In this document: in pieces, positions 33,815-39,253 of the stretch
Numbering within the stretch: position 1 is the stretch's first letter
Layout of the letters: every line of letters begins with the position of its first letter
Source of the DNA: Chiloscyllium plagiosum
Lineage: Eukaryota
DNA: 39,253 nucleotides
Reading direction: 5' to 3'
Assembly: GCF_004010195.1 (NCBI RefSeq)
Contig: NC_057718.1
Coordinates: 67,192,396-67,231,648, forward strand
Notes under the pieces: model-generated
Databases searched by the model: none
Told to the model about the DNA's origin: nothing
What the model saw: the letters and a program-made list of their open reading frames with translations, nothing else
Program-made: the position numbers and the translations under genes

Positions 33815-35628
33815 TCCTCTATACCTTCATCCTAATATCTTAAACCCATGATGCCAGTCAATCCTGCCCTGGAGAAAAGTCTCTGGCTACTGACTCTATC
33901 TATGCCTCTCATTACCTTGTATACCTCAATTAGGTCCCCTCTCCTCCTCCTTTTCTCCAATGAAAAAAGTCCAAGCTCAGTCAACCTCTCTTCATAAGAT
34001 AAGCCCTCCAGTCCAGGCAGCATCCTGGTAAACCTCCCCTGAACTCGCTCCAAAGCATCCACATTTTTCTTATAATAGGGCGACCAGAGTACCTGCACAC
34101 CAAGAGCCCTCTGTTCCTCCACACTGCCAAGAATCCTATCCTTAATCCTGTACTTAGCTTTCAAATTCGACCTTCCAAAATGCATCACCTCGCATTTATC
34201 CAGGTTGAACGCCATCTGCCACCTCTCAGCCCACCTCTGCATCCTGTCAATGTCCCGCTGCAGCCTACAACAGCCCTCTACACTGTCAACAACACCTCCA
34301 ACCTTTGTGTCATCTGCAAACTTGCTGACGCATCCTTCAATCCCCTCATCCAAGTCATTAATAATAATTACAAACAGAGGCCCAAGGACAGAGCCCTGTG
34401 GAACACCACTCACCACAGACTTCCAGGTAGAATATTTTCCTTCTACTACCACTTGCTGTCTTCTGTTGGCCAGCGAATTCTGTATCCAGACAGCTAAGTT
34501 CCCCTGTATCCCATTCCTCCTGACCTTTTGAATGAGCCTTATCAAATGCCTTGCTGAAGTCCATATACACCACATCCACAGCTCGACCGTCATCAACATT
34601 TCTAGTCACATCCTCAAAGTACTCGATCAGGTTTGTGAGGCATGACCTGCCCCTCACAAAGCCGTGTTGACTGCATTTAATCAAGCCATGCTCTTCCAGA
34701 TGGTCATAAATCCTATCCCTCAGAATTGTTTCTAACACCTTGCAGGCGACAGACGTGAGACTTACTGTTCTGTAATTGCCGGGGATTTCCCTATTTCCTT
34801 TCTTGAAGAGAGGAATTACATTTGCCACTCTCCAGTCCTTAGGTATGACTCCAGTGGAGAGCGAGGATGCAAAGATCTTCGCAAGTGACGAAGCAATCGC
34901 ATTTCTCGTTTCCCAAAGCAGCCGAGGACAAATCTGGTCCGGGCCTGGCGACTTGTCAATCTTAATGTTTGACAAAATTTTCAGCACATCAGCTTCCTCT
35001 ATCTCTATCCATTCCAGCATGCACACCTGCTCTTCAAAGGTTTCATTCACTACAAAGTTTGTTTCTATCGTAAAAACAGAAACAAAAAACTCATTTAGGG
35101 CTTCCCCTACCTCCTCAGACTCCACACACAAGGTCCCTATGCTATCCCTGATCGGCCGTACTCTTTCTTTGACCATTCTCTTATTCCTCACTTAAGTGTA
35201 AAATGCCTTTGTGTTCTCCCTAATCCGTTCTGCCAAGCCTTTCTCGTGCCCCCTCCTGGCTCTCCTCAGACCATTTTTGAGCTCCTTCCTTGCCTGCCTG
35301 TAATCCTCTAGAGCTGAACTTGACCCTAGTTTCCTCCACTTTATGTAAGCTACCTTCTTCCTTTTGACGAGACGCTCCACCGCTCTCGTCATCCAAGGTT
35401 CCTTGATCTTACCCCTTGCCTGTCTCAGAGGGACATATTTATTCATCACTTGCAACAACTGTTCCTTAAACAGTCTCCACATGTCTATAGTGCCTTTACC
35501 ATGGAACATTTGCTCCCAGTCCATGCTTCCTAACTCATGTCTAATTGCATCATAGTTTCCTCTTCCCCAATTAAATATCTTCCCATTTTGCCTAATCCTC
35601 TCCTTCTCCATAGCTATGTAGAATGTGA
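33811..35628 (-). mobile_element. Young CR1 ORF2 (tether plus RT), inactivated, lacking its own 3' end
   Basis: ORFs 35611-35192, 35191-34358 and 34599-33832 carry KSPGPD, WRVANVIPLFKKG, SQHGFVRGRSCLTNL, GVPQGSVLGP and KFADDTK; one stop and internal deletions. Confidence 0.96.
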
Positions 35629-36352
35629 GCTACTAGTTAGTGGAATAAATCCAGATAGTGTTTATGGGATGATTTTAATCAACAATAGAAAGTTTACAGA
35701 GTAAGGTAACTTAAGAGTCCTTAATGATGTTCGTTCCCAACGATATGTTGCTCCTACACTGGAGAGATGCATTTTCTGTAATATTGCAAAGACTCCTTGA
35801 GCAATGATAAAAGCCATTCCCAGAAAAAGAAAATTATTTCTTAATGCCTCCACCAATGAAGGGAGGGGTAGGTAATGTTAACATAACATATACCTTTGCT
35901 ATTCCCATCTCACCTTCATGATTGGAGCACATGACCAAGTGGATCTTAAGTAGCCCTGCTTTCTCTGTGCTGTCAATTGCTTCTGCCATAAAGATCAGAC
36001 TAGCTTCATGAAGATGCCACACTGTATAATCAGCCCTCTCTTCTTAAAGACAGGCTACTTGAGTAGAGAAGGCACTCTTAATAATATTGAAGGAATTCAA
36101 ATTATGAATAATTAAATGCCAAGGCAGAGTGAGGGTGCCATGATGTGGTGATGGAAATGTTAATAGTGGAGCAGGACATAAGAACAGATGCCATGTTTCT
36201 TTAAGGACAAGGGGCTGTCAATACTATGTTCAGAAAGAAATAGGAGTATATAGCCATACAGCTCAATCCCCAATATCTGGAGCTGAGGGTTCAAAAAGAA
36301 GTCTAATGATCTCAGAGGAGTGGTCAAAGTTGAAGAAGGCACATTCACTTGA

Positions 36353-36455
36353 CATCTGAAGAAGGGTTATTGGACCTGAAATGTTCACTCTATTTTCTCT
36401 CTACAAATACTACCAGACCTACTGAAGTTCTCCAGGAACTTCTGTTTTTGTTTCA
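36353..36455 (+). mobile_element. PLE terminal fragment with hammerhead core
   Basis: ctgaaga-a-gggtt-attg-gacct-gaaa-tgtt followed by the terminus seen at 12279 and 3343. Confidence 0.75.
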
Positions 36456-37075
36456 CTTGATATCTCCTACTCACCACACTACCAAGCTCTCACATTGTTC
36501 TATGTGCCACACCGCTATTACTCATGCTGCAGCATTCATTGCCACTTAACATTCGCACCAAACACCAAGATATTCAATATTATTTTCAAATTCCTATGAT
36601 GCTGCCTCCACATACCTCCAGCTAGTAAGCTTTTGCAGGACTTTGCCCAAATGCATCAATACACAATCCTTGCTGTCATGCCTATTTTCGCAGGACAAAA
36701 TGACACATAGTAGCAGAGCAGAACCAATGGGGAGCAAAGATGTCTGCAGTTCCTTTTGGGAAAGATGATTTTCAGTGTCATGGGGTCATTAATGATAGAG
36801 CCCATAACACTTAACATCCCAGAAATCATAGATGTAATGGTCTCTTCCTGCCTTTTGTGTATTCTCAACTCTCAATCCATCATCAAACTGCTGTCTGCTG
36901 TGATGAGCAAGATGCAGAGGACATTCTGGGACTTTACAATAGTAGATGTTCTTAAAAATAGTCTTATGTGCAATTTGGTTGGCATGCCCTTTCAGGAACG
37001 CTCTTAGGCCCTAACTTACACCTCCACGTTTGCTGTTAGAAAGTGTTTCCAGTTCTGGGCTATTGATGTTTCTGT

Positions 37076-38448
37076 AAGAACAGAAAAGATGGTAAAAGAG
37101 AGGGAGGTGTGGCATTTTTAGTCAAGGGCAGCATTACGATGGCAGAAAGGACATTTGAGGACTCATATACTGAGCTAGTATGGGCTGAGGTTAGAAACAG
37201 AAAAGGAGAGGTCATCCTATTGGGAGTTTTCTATAGGCTTCCAAATAGTTCCAGAGATGTAGAGGAAAGGATAGCAAAGATAATTCTGGGTAGTTGTGAG
37301 AGTAACAGGGTAGTTGTTATGGGAGGCTTTAACTTTCTAAATATTAACTGGAAATACGACAGTTCGAGTGCTGTAGATGGGCCGGTTTTTGTCCGATGTG
37401 TGCAGGGTGGTTTCCTAATATAGTATGTCAACAAGCCAGCAAGGGGCAAGGCCACATTAGATTTGGTACTGGGTAATGAACCTGGTCAGGTATTACATTT
37501 GGAGGTAGATGAGCACTTTGGTGATAATGACCATAATTTGGTTATGCTTACTTTAGTGATGGAAAGGGATAGGTATATACCGCAGGCAAGAGTTATTGCC
37601 AGGGGAAAGGCAATTGTGATGTGATTAGGCAAGATTTAGGATGCATAGGATGGGGAAGGAAACTGCAGAAAATGGACACAATTGAAATATGGAGCTTTTT
37701 CAAGGAACAGCTACTGCGTGTCCTTCATAAGTATGTACCTGTCAGGCAGGGAGGAAGTTGTCGAGTGAGGGAGCCGTGGTTTACTGAAGAGGTTGAATTG
37801 CTTGTAAAGAGGCTGATAGGGTTGTTAAGAAGACAAACGGTATGTTAGCTTTTATTGATAGAGGGATTGAGTTTCGGAGCCACGAGGTCATGCCACAGCT
37901 GTACAAAATTATGGTGCTGCCACACTTGGAATATAGCGTACAGTTCTGGTCACTGCATTATAGGAAGGATGTCGAAGCTTTGGAAAGGGTTCAGAAGAGA
38001 TTTACTTGGATGTTGCCTGGTTTCAAGGAAAGGTCTTATGAGGAAAGGCTAAGTGACTTTAGACTGTTTTCATTAGAGAGAAGAATGTTGAGAGCTGATT
38101 TAATTGAGACATATAAGAAAATCAGAGGGTTAGAAAGGGTGGACAGGGAGAGCCTTTTTCCTCAGGATGATGGTTAGCACGAATGGACATAGCTTTAAAT
38201 TGAGGGGTGATAGATATAGGACAGATGTCAGAGGTAGTTTCTTTATTCAGAAAGTAGTAGGAGTGTGGAACACACAGCCTGCAGCAGTAGTAGACTTGAC
38301 AACTTTACGGGCATTTAAATGGTCATTGGATAAACATGGATGAAAATGGAATAGTGTAGGATATATAGGCTTCAGATTAGTTCCACAGGTTGGCGCAACA
38401 TCGAGGGCTGAAGGGCCTGTACTGTGCTGTAATGCTCTATGTTCTATG
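37076..38448 (+). mobile_element. CR1 with endonuclease/tether joined to the C-terminus (RT core deleted)
   Basis: ELVWAEVRNRKG..GVFYRLPNS..GGFN; LDLVLGNEPGQV..DNDHN; jumps at ~37812 to MLAFIDRGIEFRS; tail ctctatgttctatg. Confidence 0.92.
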
Positions 38449-39117
38449 ATTGCTCAATTCATTCCTTGTTCCAAACGTTCAATTTAGTTGTCAGGTGACA
38501 TACCAGCCAGTTGGGCTATATGAAGTTGGAACCGCACAAATTAATAGCTTACAACTCAGGATGCTCTTTCACCTGCCCTTTTTTCTAAAATGATGCTAAT
38601 AGATTGCACAGAAAATTGACACTGGAGCTCAGCAAACAATACGAGATCTCCATGGCACTGCCAAAAATTTATAATTGTATCGTGCTTGTGGATGAATTTA
38701 CACATGAGGATGTTCTTTTTCTCTTGGTCTAGTATTATGAGGCCTGCTTTGTTGTATTAATGAAATGGATTGAGCAGCACTGATAATCTCCTGGGAGCAG
38801 TTCTACACCTAGATTAAGGGCATGAGGTTCAGGGTTCAACTGATATCTGCTGCATTCTGAAATAAATAACAAATATACAATTCAAAGGTTAACGGAGCCT
38901 GTGAGCCAGAGAATGTAATTGATTCAGCAATTATCTGTGGAAAATGCTTCCTTGAGGCATAATAAAAAATATTTTGTGGAAAGCAACACTCCCTTGCAGC
39001 TTAAAGTTTAAAACAAGTTGCAAAATGATCAGAAAACAGAATAAATGCAATTAGCTTATTCGTATAGATGAAGCATTAAATGCTTACTTCAATGAAATAT
39101 TTTCAAATGGAAGCTAC

Positions 39118-39253
39118 CATGATACCATGAGAATGACGAGAACGAGGGTAGGTCTGATCAAGGACAGTAGTGGGAGACTGTGTATTGAGTTGGAAGAGAT
39201 AGGAGAGGTCTTGAATGAGTACTTTTCTTCAGTATTTACAAATGAGAGGGACC
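39118..39253 (+). mobile_element. Start of a 5'-truncated CR1, runs off the window edge
   Basis: RVGLIKDSSGRLCIELEEIGEVLNEYFSSVFT. Confidence 0.88.

Noticed and set aside
33832..35611. Three long RT-related ORFs as an active element, retron or novel RT system
   Set aside because: Ordinary CR1 ORF2 broken by a stop, a frameshift and deletions, with no endonuclease N-terminus or ORF1.
1..39253. CRISPR array, operon or other prokaryotic system
   Set aside because: No repeat-spacer array or gene-dense structure; the sequence is vertebrate repeat-rich DNA.

Overview
Eukaryotic, AT-rich, CpG-depleted, repeat-saturated DNA. HE1-type V-SINEs and HER1/CR1-type LINEs point to an elasmobranch (shark); a carpet-shark lineage is only a guess. 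I recognise no intact host gene. Nearly every ORF in the supplied track is a retroelement fragment, an antisense read-through of a repeat, or an N-gap artefact. The window holds about 20 nested CR1 fragments of several ages, several SINE families, a decayed Gypsy internal region with three nested insertions, a Gypsy solo LTR, an RTE fragment, a Tigger/pogo-type MITE, a probable hAT transposase relic, a tRNA-Arg(CCT) pseudogene and two assembly gaps. The most distinctive signal is a set of nine Penelope-like element (PLE) termini carrying minimal hammerhead-ribozyme cores. Four of them form ~190-230 bp fold-back cassettes whose inversion point lies at the ribozyme, and one has a perfect 17-bp target-site duplication (TSD), so it inserted as a unit. 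Also notable are a 147-bp locally templated duplication, recurrent microhomology-bounded deletions, an inverted pair of young CR1s, and two weak candidate exons. Family names come from recalled consensus motifs, not database searches, and boundaries of old repeats are approximate.
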